Shown: positions 17,098-25,762 of the stretch, one piece after another | Numbering within the stretch: the stretch's first letter is position 1 | Layout: each line of letters begins with the position of its first letter | From: an uncultured Chloroflexia bacterium | GTDB lineage: Bacteria > Chloroflexota > Dehalococcoidia > DSTF01 > JALHUB01 | Direction of reading: 5' to 3' | Assembly (NCBI GenBank): GCA_963726245.1 | Contig: CAVSBT010000038.1 | Span: 32,001-96,000, forward strand | Length of the DNA: 64,000 nt | Position numbers and translations under genes: made by a program | Notes under the pieces: generated by a model | The model's input: the letters and a program-made list of their open reading frames with translations, nothing else | What the model was told of the DNA's origin: nothing | Databases searched by the model: none

Positions 17098-18509
17098 GCT
17101 ATCGCTCCTGAGGTGAGAGCAGCTCCCGAGGTGGAGCAGGAGGGAGGCTCCAGGGGCAGACAGAAGCCGAAGGTGCTTCCCTTCCCCGGACAGCTCTCCA
17201 CCCACATCAGCCCGCCGTGCCACTCCACCAGCCGGCGCGCGATGGTCAGGCCCAGGCCGGCGCCGCTTGACTTGCCGGACGGGCCGGCGGCGCCTTCTCC
17301 GTCCGGCTGGGCGGCTCGATAGAAGGGCTGGAAGATCCTCGCCTGGTCCTCCTGAGAGATGCCCACCCCCCGGTCTCGGACGGCGATGCTCGCCCCGGCC
17401 GGGCAGGGAGCACCCTCTGGCCCCGGCCGGCCGAGATGCAGCGTGGAGGGCCGGGCCAGACAACCGGGCGCCACCTCGATGCGGATCGGCGCGCCAGGTG
17501 GGGAGTAGTTGACGGCATTGCTCACCAGGTTGGCCAGCACCTGGGTTAGCTTGTACAGGTCTGCTATCGGGCGAGGCACGCCGGCTTGAAAGCGGATGGA
17601 GAAGCGTGAACGCCTGTGCTCATTGCCCCAGAGACTGACGACATACTCCGCTACCAGTCGAAGGTTGACGGGCTCCAGGTTCAGTTTGACGCGGCCCGAC
17701 TCCAGGCGTGTCAGGTCCAGCAGCTCGCCGATGAGGGAGCCCAGACGCACCGATTCCTGGTTGATTAGGCAGATCCAGCTCTTCTGCACGTCCGCGCTCA
17801 CCTCCCGCGAGAGGAGGAGCTCGCTGAAGCCCTGTAGGGCGGTGAGGGGCGTCCTTATTTCGTGGGAGGCGACGGAGACGAACTCCTGGGCTCGGCGCCC
17901 TTGCTCGGCCGCGGCCTCCATCACCCGCAGCTTCTCGAGGGCCATAGAGGTCTGGTCGGCCAGGCCCTGGAGAAGGTCGGTCTGGTCAGGGGAGAAAGGG
18001 AATCCAACCCGCCGGCCGACCACCAGCACGCCCAGGCCCTGGCTCGCCGAGCGGATGGGCGCTGCCAGCAGCGTACCGGCGGTCCGGGCGCCGTTGAAGC
18101 AGGAGGGGAGATCATCCAGGAGGGGATGCGGCGCCTCCACCATAAGGGGAGCGGTCGCCTCGAGGGCGGCGTCGGCGAAGGCGATGGTGGGCGACTCTGC
18201 GGCGTCGAAGACGGCCGTCGAGCGGCCGACGCGCAGGGCGCGGCAGGCAGGCCGCCCGTCGTCCGTGCGGACCAGGAAGAGGGCCGCCAGGTCCACTCTT
18301 ACGACCGCACAGACGGCTGATAGTACAGCTTCATAGAGGCTCTCCGGCGTGGTGGCGGCGAAAACCTGAACCGCGCTGCGGTACATCGCCTGGGCGCGGG
18401 CGGTCAGCCTGACCAGCTCGATGCGCTCTCGCCAGGGCTGGCTGTCAGCGTCCGGCGAAAGCGGCTCGAGGGGCCGGAGTGCGAGAATGGAGGAGGCCTT
18501 CGCACTCAA
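17094..18509 (-). CDS. GAF-domain sensor histidine kinase
   Basis: SHEIRTPLT, NLVSNAVNYS, DRGVG, FQPFYR and GAGLGL. Confidence 0.92.
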   Translation of the reverse strand: MSAKASSILALRPLEPLSPDADSQPWRERIELVRLTARAQAMYRSAVQVFAATTPESLYEAVLSAVCAVVRVDLAALFLVRTDDGRPACRALRVGRSTAVFDAAESPTIAFADAALEATAPLMVEAPHPLLDDLPSCFNGARTAGTLLAAPIRSASQGLGVLVVGRRVGFPFSPDQTDLLQGLADQTSMALEKLRVMEAAAEQGRRAQEFVSVASHEIRTPLTALQGFSELLLSREVSADVQKSWICLINQESVRLGSLIGELLDLTRLESGRVKLNLEPVNLRLVAEYVVSLWGNEHRRSRFSIRFQAGVPRPIADLYKLTQVLANLVSNAVNYSPPGAPIRIEVAPGCLARPSTLHLGRPGPEGAPCPAGASIAVRDRGVGISQEDQARIFQPFYRAAQPDGEGAAGPSGKSSGAGLGLTIARRLVEWHGGLMWVESCPGKGSTFGFCLPLEPPSCSTSGAALTSGAIA

Positions 18510-18567
18510 GTGGATTCACCTTCGGTGGCAGGCCTGACGTCCATGGCCAGGCTGGCAGGTCCGCGTC

Positions 18568-18894
18568 CTACCGCTCACGCCGGTGGGCGCGTTCGCTGAG
18601 ATCGCCCGTCGTGCGGTGGGACTGCATTCCGCTCTGAGCGGAGAGGCGACGGATGACGCCCTGGGCCACGAAGCCCACGCCAAGCTCCACGCAGTCGCGG
18701 TAGGTGGTGAAGATGGAGCGGTCGAGGAGCCACAAGCCCTGTTCGTTGAGGTCTTCATGATGATCGGTTCGGAGTCGGAGGAGGCGGCGCAAGCGTCCCA
18801 GGTACGCGTTCTGCACCGCGGACACGTCATCCTCGTCCCTGAGGTCATCCTGGCAAGCGCTCAGCTCTACAGGATCACGAGCGAACTCGATCAC
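18568..18894 (-). CDS. Small helical hypothetical protein
   Basis: GAGGGA RBS. Lies in the operon between the NarL regulator and the kinase. Confidence 0.65.
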   Translation of the reverse strand: MIEFARDPVELSACQDDLRDEDDVSAVQNAYLGRLRRLLRLRTDHHEDLNEQGLWLLDRSIFTTYRDCVELGVGFVAQGVIRRLSAQSGMQSHRTTGDLSERAHRRER

Positions 18895-18951
18895 GGTTAG
18901 GTCCCTCTTCCCGTCCTGCCTTCCTTGCCGAAAGGCAGTGCTCTGTCTCTC

Positions 18952-19734
18952 TTAGCCGGCCTGGCGCTCTTCGCCCGGCTCCGGCGCGGGCGCTACATCG
19001 ATGCCGACCAGCCCCTTCTGAAGGGCATAGCGAATAAGGTCGGTGCGCGTCTGGGCGTGGAGCTTGCTCATGATGTGGGCCTTGTGAGCCTCCACCGTCT
19101 TGACGCTGATGTAGAGCTCGTGGGCTATGCGCTGGTTGGAGTAGCCCTCGGCGATTAGCTGGAGGACCTCGCGCTCACGGCTGGTGAGCAGGCCATAACC
19201 TGACCTGCCCTCTTCGCTCCTGGCCTGGAGGAGGTACTCGCCGGCTGTGCCTGCATCGGAGATCGACGCGCTAAAGTAGGTGTTTCCCCGGTGGACGGCT
19301 TGGATGCCGAGGATAAGCTCGGCGGCGTCGGACTTCTTGACTATGTACCCGCAGGCGCCGGCGCGGAGGGCAGCCACTATTTGCTCGTCCTCCATGTAGC
19401 CGGTCAGGATGAGCACCTTGGTCTTGGGGAGGCGCCGGCGAATCTGGCGTGTGGCCTCCAGTCCGTTGAGGCCGGGCATCACCATGTCCATCAGGACAAC
19501 ATCGGGGAGCAGCTTCTCGGCTGTTTCCATGGCTTCGCGGCCGTTGCTGGCGTCGCCCACCACCTCGATCTCCTGGTGCACTTCCAGGAGAAGGCGGAGG
19601 GCCTGACGGAGAACGGCGTGGTCGTCGACGATGAGGACGCGGATCTTGCCGCTGGAGCCGCGGCTCCAGCCGCCGGCCTCGCTGGGTCGACGATTACGGT
19701 CCGCCATCTCCTCTGAGGATGCAGGCTCCTTCAT
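18952..19734 (-). CDS. NarL/FixJ-family response regulator (REC + LuxR HTH)
   Basis: IVDDH, LMDMVMP and [18 protein letters not shown]...[23 protein letters not shown] before the ATG at 19734. Confidence 0.95.
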   Translation of the reverse strand: MKEPASSEEMADRNRRPSEAGGWSRGSSGKIRVLIVDDHAVLRQALRLLLEVHQEIEVVGDASNGREAMETAEKLLPDVVLMDMVMPGLNGLEATRQIRRRLPKTKVLILTGYMEDEQIVAALRAGACGYIVKKSDAAELILGIQAVHRGNTYFSASISDAGTAGEYLLQARSEEGRSGYGLLTSREREVLQLIAEGYSNQRIAHELYISVKTVEAHKAHIMSKLHAQTRTDLIRYALQKGLVGIDVAPAPEPGEERQAG

Positions 19735-19972
19735 AAGGGGCGCTCCTTGCCTTCCGCTCTCAGGGGCAGGGCCCTCAAGCCTAGAAGCCGGTCGCCAACC
19801 CACTGTGGCGACTCTTCGCCTGGAAGTTTCCCCACGCCATTGCTAGCCAGCAGTCCGCCCGGCGTTGCGTGATCCGCTCTTCCCAGCCAAGAGCGGCCCA
19901 AAGCCTACCATAACCTTCCAATTACCGGCAAGGATGTTCGCAACTCCGGGGCCAGGATGCCAGGAATTATCA

Positions 19973-20188
19973 CTACTCCTCCTGAACCTGCCGCTCTAGG
20001 AGATCCAGGGGGTGTCTTTCGCTTGCCGACAGGTCTTGGTGATCCAGGAAGCCGTCCATGCCCTCCAGCCCAGCCGGATACTCCCTTGTAGCGCGGCAGT
20101 TCTTGCAGATGCCATGAATGACACCGCGCTTCGGCCCGCTGAGGAGCCAGTGATGACGGCAACTTACGGCGCTGGTCTGAATCACCAC
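19973..20188 (-). CDS. Small Zn-finger-like protein (CxHHW...CKNC)
   Basis: AAGGAGG RBS before GTG. Sequence CRHHWLL-x-GP...GICKNC. Confidence 0.75.
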   Translation of the reverse strand: MVIQTSAVSCRHHWLLSGPKRGVIHGICKNCRATREYPAGLEGMDGFLDHQDLSASERHPLDLLERQVQEE

Positions 20189-20415
20189 GGAACCTCCTTG
20201 CTCCGGACCTGTCGGCACCTATCTCGGCTGCCACCGTGACAGGCGGGTGCATTCTAGTGCCGTTGGAGAACCCTGTTGTATTGGGGAAAACCCTTATGCG
20301 GGGCTGGGGATACCCCTAATTCGCAAGGCAGATAGGGCCATCTTGCTTAGGGAGAATCACGGCTTGTGGGGGTATAGCCCGCATGCTCTCTCTGAAGGGC
20401 GATGGAAGGTGGACC

Positions 20416-20802
20416 CTAGCCAGATGGCCGCAGGCTTTGCTCTGCCGCCGCTCGCTGCAGACAGAAACGCGTGTAGGAGTCGTAGGCGTTGCTGACAGCG
20501 GTCATGATGGCCCGCTGAGGCGGCCCCACGTAGCGCCTTTGGAGGGCGTCCAAGAGGACCCCCACGCTGGCATCGAGGTCGCCGTTCATCAGGATGTCGC
20601 GTACCAGGACCTCGGCACGGGGCAGGACGCCGCGTGTAGCGACCTCCACCGCCTGGTGGCGGCGCACGTCGACCTCGATCTCCACGGACACAACGGAGGG
20701 GGCGCCCACAGGCGCCAAGCTTTGGGGAAGGCGGGCATGGCCTACGAATATTACCGTGCCCTCTTCTTTGTCCTGTAATCCGTCGCCGCCATGTTGCCTC
20801 AT
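20416..20802 (-). CDS. DUF3870-like protein
   Basis: IFVGHARLPQ...RRYVGPPQRAIMTAV resembles DUF3870. GGGAGG RBS. Confidence 0.7.
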   Translation of the reverse strand: MRQHGGDGLQDKEEGTVIFVGHARLPQSLAPVGAPSVVSVEIEVDVRRHQAVEVATRGVLPRAEVLVRDILMNGDLDASVGVLLDALQRRYVGPPQRAIMTAVSNAYDSYTRFCLQRAAAEQSLRPSG

Positions 20803-21029
20803 GTCTGACCTCCCTGTACTGCTGCGGGCGGAATGCGTCAGGCGGGGGAAGAGCCTCAGCCAGAGCCAAACGACACCGGCCGCCCACGCTGCCCGCGGCG
20901 GCTACTGGCATGGTAGCCACGACTGTTACGCTTTCTCAAGACAAGATCGTGAAAGATTCCGTGAAAGGTAAGATTACGTGAAAGGTGAGTAGCGAACGCT
21001 ATTCACGGGGTGGGGTGGGGTGGGGCGGG

Positions 21030-21070
21030 CCTTGTTGCTTCCTGCCTGTTGCATGTTCCAAGCAACAAGG
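21030..21070. terminator. Hairpin downstream of the Zn-ribbon gene
   Basis: ccttgttgctt...aagcaacaagg inverted repeat. Confidence 0.45.
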
Positions 21071-21136
21071 AACAGGCTAACAAACGCCTACCAGCGCCAT
21101 ATGGGCTGGTCCTGCGTCAGGCCGTTGAGTCGATTC

Positions 21137-21343
21137 CTACAGGCGGAGCTTGCCGTGTGAAGGCTGGCGCCTGCGCTGACGGGTGTGGCCGTCTTCCTGG
21201 TCAAGGAGTTCGATGGCCGGGGGCGATACTGCCTCATGTACGTAGCCACAGCAAAGACACGTGCTGTAGACGCCGTACCAGTCTCTCTCCATGATCATGG
21301 ACCCCCGACAGCGGGGGCAGTTACGTGGCAGGGTGCCCTGCAT
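21137..21343 (-). CDS. Small Zn-ribbon protein with basic C-tail (68 aa)
   Basis: CPRC...CLCCG, AGGAGG RBS before the ATG at 21343, and a RQRRRQPSHGKLRL tail. Confidence 0.8.
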   Translation of the reverse strand: MQGTLPRNCPRCRGSMIMERDWYGVYSTCLCCGYVHEAVSPPAIELLDQEDGHTRQRRRQPSHGKLRL

Positions 21344-21404
21344 GTTTGACCTCCTGTTAAGGCGCAGAAACCCCCCGTCCAGATACATGCTGGCCAGATG
21401 CCTG

Positions 21405-21520
21405 TTCGCTGCCTCCGGGATTGACTGAGGGGTTCGGGCAGAAACCTCGCCCTACTCAATCGGGAGATTCACCCTAGCCGGGTGGTTCCCCGTCCCCAAC
21501 AGGGTTCCGGCAGAGCAGCT
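21405..21520 (-). ncRNA. c-di-AMP riboswitch (ydaO/yuaA class)
   Basis: Minus strand reads GCCGGAACCC...GGGGACGGGGAACCA...GGGTGAATC...GTAGGGC...GCCCGAACCCCTCAGTCAATCCCGGAGGC, matching the ordered conserved blocks of the ydaO/yuaA aptamer with P1 complementarity. Confidence 0.85.
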
Positions 21521-21582
21521 CTGGCCCCCCTCCCATCCGCCAAAACGCCTGTGCCAGCGCTGTCCTTTGTGATTTCGCCAAC

Positions 21583-21611
21583 AGGTTAGAATACTGCTCG
21601 GAGCTTGTCAA
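21583..21611 (-). promoter_or_regulatory. Sigma70-type promoter for the riboswitch leader
   Basis: TTGACA-N17-TAACCT on the minus strand. Confidence 0.65.
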
Positions 21612-21677
21612 CCCCCACTGTAAAGGAATATCCAGAAAATGATGCAGGCCCATCAGGGGCGCCCGCGGAGAAGTTGC

Positions 21678-22076
21678 CTAGCCAGCGCTTATCTTGTCAA
21701 TGGCCCGGCGCAGCCGCGCCTCCGCCTCCTGCGCCACTTCGCGCAGGGCAGGGTTATCCAGCACGCCCAACAGGCCCAGTGGGTCGACAGCGGCCACCAC
21801 GCTGCCGTCGCCCTCCTCGTAGACTATGACGTTGCAGGGCAGGAGCAGCCCTACGGAGGGGTCTGCCTCCAGAGCGCGGTGCGCCAGGGGAGGGTTGCAG
21901 GCCCCCAGAATAACGTAGCGCCGGAAGTCCTTGTCCAGCTTCGCCTTCAGCGTGGCCCTAACGTCGATCTCGGTGAGAACTCCGAAGCCTTCCTCCTGGA
22001 GAGCGGCTCGGGCCGCCTGCACCGCCTGCTCGTAGTCAAGCTTGAGCCTTGTCCGAAAGCCGATCTCCTTGGTCAC
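21678..22076 (-). CDS. DUF302 domain protein
   Basis: GFGVLTEIDV...YVILGACNP...GLLLPCNVIVYE. Confidence 0.93.
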   Translation of the reverse strand: MTKEIGFRTRLKLDYEQAVQAARAALQEEGFGVLTEIDVRATLKAKLDKDFRRYVILGACNPPLAHRALEADPSVGLLLPCNVIVYEEGDGSVVAAVDPLGLLGVLDNPALREVAQEAEARLRRAIDKISAG

Positions 22077-22079
22077 TCC

Positions 22080-22529
22080 TCACCTCCCGCCGCTGCGTCG
22101 CCGGCCCCAGGCGAACCGGATGCAGAACGCTCCGGCCGTCGCCGCTGCCCCGCCGCCGACCAGCAGCCAAACCACCGGCATCCAGTGGAAAGCGCTATCC
22201 TCTGGCCCACTGCCCGTGCTCGGCAGCGCCGCGACCTCCGGTGCGGTCGACGATGGCAAAGGTAGCTGCGCCACCTCGCCGATAACCGGCAACTCTATGT
22301 AGGATGCGTGCTCGCTGTCCCTGTACATGCGTACGCCGTCGCGCATAGTGACGTACTGGGAGGTGACGGCGAAGCTCTTGTATTCGGGAGAGGTGTAGCC
22401 GGAGTACTGACCGGGGGCGCTGATCTTCTGGTCGGTCTGGGGCTGGGCGTGACCGGTGGTCACGGTAAGGCCGAGAAGGACCATGAGGAGGCCAAAGAGC
22501 AGGTAGAATCGACGTGTAGGCCCCTTCAT
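22080..22529 (-). pseudogene. Internally deleted CocE/NonD-family hydrolase with signal peptide and LPxTG-like anchor
   Basis: N-terminal YVTMRDGVR is joined directly to C-terminal YRDSEHASYIELPVI, followed by LPSTG, a hydrophobic helix and RRR. Confidence 0.7.
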
Positions 22530-22860
22530 GGCGTGTCCTCCTCAATCGCTGGTGCAATCGCGCGGGGAAACCGGCGACATGCTAGGCGGCTGGTCGTGCG
22601 ACTGTCAAGCGCGAGCGCTTTCCTCAAGGGCCGCTGGGGCTGGCGCAAGCTGGGGCAGGCCCATCATGCCCTGCCCTTGCCACCGGCGGCCCATTCCGCA
22701 CACTGGGCTTGTCGGACGGGCGGCGAGTGGCCCTCTGGGCGCAAAGGGGTTCATTTGGCTGTTGCGCCATCGGTCTTGATTGACTAGATTAGAGTCTTGT
22801 GGGTGTCTGTGACCGCAATACAGATCGCAGTACAGATCAAAGAGAAGGAGGTCTCTTACC

Positions 22861-23781
22861 ATGGGAGATAGGCTCAAGGGTCGCGTGGCGATCGTTACCG
22901 GCGCCGGCCGCGGCATCGGACGCGGCGAAGCTCTGGCCCTCGCCTCCGAGGGCGCCATCGTCATCATCAACGACATTGGTGGTGCGGTCGACGGTTCCGG
23001 GCAGGCTCGTGGCCCTGCCGACGAGGTGGTGGACGAGATCAAGAAGAAGGGCGGGCAGGCGGCGTCTAACTACGACAACATCGTCGATCACGCCACCGGC
23101 GAGAAGCTTGTCAAGCAGGCTCTTGACACCTTCGGCAGGCTGGACATCGTCGTCAACAACGCCGGCATCCTCCGCGACCGCATGATCTTCAACATGGCCG
23201 AGGAGGAGTTCGACGCCGTCATCGCCGTGCACGTCAAGGGCCACTTCAACCTGATGCAGGCCGCCTGCGTGTACTTCCGCCAGGCCCGCCACCCCGGGGT
23301 CATCATCAACACCTCCTCGACGTCCGGGTTGGGGAACCCCGGCCAGACCAACTACGCGGCGGCGAAGGAGGGCATCATCGGCATGACGCGGACGATTGCC
23401 CGGGAGATGGGCCGCTACGGCGTCCGCTGCAACGCCATCCGCCCCATGGCCGCCACGCGCATGACGCTGAGCGACGACATGAAGCAGCGCTACGCGCGGG
23501 CCGGCGAGGCGGGCCTGAAGATGCTCGCCGAGATGGAGAAGCAGGTGCCGGAGGAGATCGGTCCTTTCGTGGCCTGGCTCTGCACCGATGAGGCCGCCAA
23601 CATCAACGGCCGCAACTTCCTGATTCGCGCCGGCTACGTCGGCCTCTACTCCGAGCCGGAGATCGTAGCGTCCGTGGAGACGGACAAGCCGTGGTCAGTG
23701 GACCTGGTCTCCCAGCTCGTGCCCAAGCCGATGACGGCCAACCTGGTCAACGAGTGGCCGCTCCAGCCCCCGAAGGAGTAA
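22861..23781 (+). CDS. Short-chain dehydrogenase/reductase
   Basis: TGAGRGIG, NNAGILRD and YAAAK. Confidence 0.95.
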   Translation: MGDRLKGRVAIVTGAGRGIGRGEALALASEGAIVIINDIGGAVDGSGQARGPADEVVDEIKKKGGQAASNYDNIVDHATGEKLVKQALDTFGRLDIVVNNAGILRDRMIFNMAEEEFDAVIAVHVKGHFNLMQAACVYFRQARHPGVIINTSSTSGLGNPGQTNYAAAKEGIIGMTRTIAREMGRYGVRCNAIRPMAATRMTLSDDMKQRYARAGEAGLKMLAEMEKQVPEEIGPFVAWLCTDEAANINGRNFLIRAGYVGLYSEPEIVASVETDKPWSVDLVSQLVPKPMTANLVNEWPLQPPKE

Positions 23782-23882
23782 GGCGACGTCGAACACCGAG
23801 CATCGAACACAGTGCAGAGAGCGGAGGCCGGGCGCCGCGCGCCCGGCCTCCGTTTCGTGCTCCGTGCGAGCTGCTGCTGTGT

Positions 23883-25361
23883 CTAGTTGAGCTTGATCTG
23901 GACGCTCTTGGTCTCCAGGAAGTTCTCCATCCCCTCCTGGCCCAGTTCCCTGCCGATGCCGCTCTGCTTGTAGCCGCCGTAGGGCATGTGGGGAATGCCG
24001 GCCGTGTGGTAGGAGTTCACCCACACGCTGCCCGCCTTGACTCCCTTGGCGAACTTCAGGGCGCGGTTCAAATCGTTGGTCCAGATGGCAGCGGCCAGTC
24101 CGTACATCGTCTCATTGGCGATGCGCAGGGCCTCCTCGGGCTCGCGGAAGGTGATGACCGAGAGCACGGGCCCAAAGATCTCCTCCTGGGCGATCCTCAT
24201 CCTGTTTTCCACCTGGTCGAAGAGAGTGGGCTCGTAGAAGAGGCCGCGGTCGAAGCCCTCGCCGGTGATGCGCCGGCCGCCCCTCAAAAGCTTCGCCTTC
24301 TCCTGTCGACCGGCCTCCACGTAGCCCTCCACCTTGTGCAACTGCTCTTCGGAGACCAGGGGCCCCAGGGTGGTCGACGGGTCCAGCGGGTCGCCGGCCT
24401 TCAGGGTTCCAGTGAAGGCTATGAACCTGTCGATGAAGGCGTCGTGGACCTCCTGCTGAACCAGCAGTCGAGAGCCCGCCTGACAGACCTGGCCGGCGTT
24501 CAGGTAGATGCCCAGGATGGCGCTCCCGGCGGCGGCGTCCAGGTTCGCGTCGGCGAAGACGATGTTCGGCGACTTGCCCCCCAGCTCCAGCGATATCTTC
24601 TTCACGTTGCTGGATGCCAGTTGCATGATGCGCCGTCCGGTCTCCGTGGAGCCGGTGAAGGCCACCTTGTCGACGGCCGCGCTGGCGGCGATCTTCTCGC
24701 CGACGACGCCGGCGGGGCCCGTCACCACGTTCACCACGCCCGGCGGCGCTCCCGCCTCCGTCACGATGCGCCCCAGCTCGTAGGTGCTGCAGGGCGTGAA
24801 GGTGGAGGGCTTGAGGACGTTCGTGCAGCCCACAGCCAGCGAGGGCGCCAGCTTCCAGGTGCAGAGCAGCAAGGGGAAGTTCCAGGGGGTGATGATACCC
24901 ACCACTCCCACGGGCTCCTTCAGCACCAGGCCTATCGCGTCCGGCACGTAGCCGGTGATGGCCTGCCCCTTCACGTCCAGGGCGAGACCGGCATAGTAGT
25001 CGAACACGTCGGCTGCCATCATCACCTCGGCGGCGGACTCGCGAAGGGGCTTGCCCACCTCCAGGGAGAGAAGACGGGACAGCGACGGCCTCTCTTCGCG
25101 GAGCTTGTCGGCAATCTTGCGGAGGACGGCGGCGCGTTCCTTGGCGGGCGCCTCGCTCCACTTGCCGCTGTCGAAGGCGCGACGTGCCGCCTGGATGGCG
25201 GCCTCGGTGTCTTGCTCGTCGGCGCTGGGGCAGACGGCGACGAGCTCCCCCGATGCCGGGCTGCGCCGTTCGAAGGTGCGGCCGCTGCCGGCGTCGCGCC
25301 AGTCGCCGTCGATGAGGAGCCGGTAAGTCTGAGCGGTGGCAGGTTCTGTGGCCGCGGTCAT
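23883..25361 (-). CDS. Aldehyde dehydrogenase
   Basis: PWNFP, FTGSTETG, LELGGKSP, GQVC and EEIFGPV. Confidence 0.95.
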   Translation of the reverse strand: MTAATEPATAQTYRLLIDGDWRDAGSGRTFERRSPASGELVAVCPSADEQDTEAAIQAARRAFDSGKWSEAPAKERAAVLRKIADKLREERPSLSRLLSLEVGKPLRESAAEVMMAADVFDYYAGLALDVKGQAITGYVPDAIGLVLKEPVGVVGIITPWNFPLLLCTWKLAPSLAVGCTNVLKPSTFTPCSTYELGRIVTEAGAPPGVVNVVTGPAGVVGEKIAASAAVDKVAFTGSTETGRRIMQLASSNVKKISLELGGKSPNIVFADANLDAAAGSAILGIYLNAGQVCQAGSRLLVQQEVHDAFIDRFIAFTGTLKAGDPLDPSTTLGPLVSEEQLHKVEGYVEAGRQEKAKLLRGGRRITGEGFDRGLFYEPTLFDQVENRMRIAQEEIFGPVLSVITFREPEEALRIANETMYGLAAAIWTNDLNRALKFAKGVKAGSVWVNSYHTAGIPHMPYGGYKQSGIGRELGQEGMENFLETKSVQIKLN

Positions 25362-25762
25362 CCTTTTCTCCCTTGATCCGCCTGTGGTGGCTTTGCGAAA
25401 CTCAGCAGGGTCCGTTCTGCTGGACCTGTCATTTCTAGGATAACACTGTTTGCCGCGCGTCCGCGCTCGACGGTCTGTTCTCCTGAGACCGGCGGCGGCA
25501 GTGAGGCACCCTGCGACAGATGACCAATAGAGATTATAGAAATAGGTAATTGGCTTAAGGCAGGTGGGTGTTGTACACTGCGCCTGCATTCTGGAGGCCA
25601 CGGCTTCTAGGAGCAGTTCTCCCGACGCCGGTGGACCCGGCGGTCGCCCATATCTGGCCAAGACGGCTGGTCATGGAGTTCTGTCAGGCGCGGACGTTGT
25701 GACGCGCTGGGTTCCGTGTGCAGTGAGCGACTGCAGGCGGCGGAAACAAGGGGGTATGTCCA

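Noticed and set aside
18568-18894. RsiG-type anti-sigma call for the 108-aa protein
   Set aside because: Only E-x3-S of the E-x3-S-x2-R-x3-Q-x3-D motif is present. Kept only as an unknown connector.
19922-19929. Sigma-28 -10-like GCCGGTAA upstream of the NarL gene
   Set aside because: No -35 element. The same bases fit a sigma70 TTGCCG...TAGGCT promoter better.
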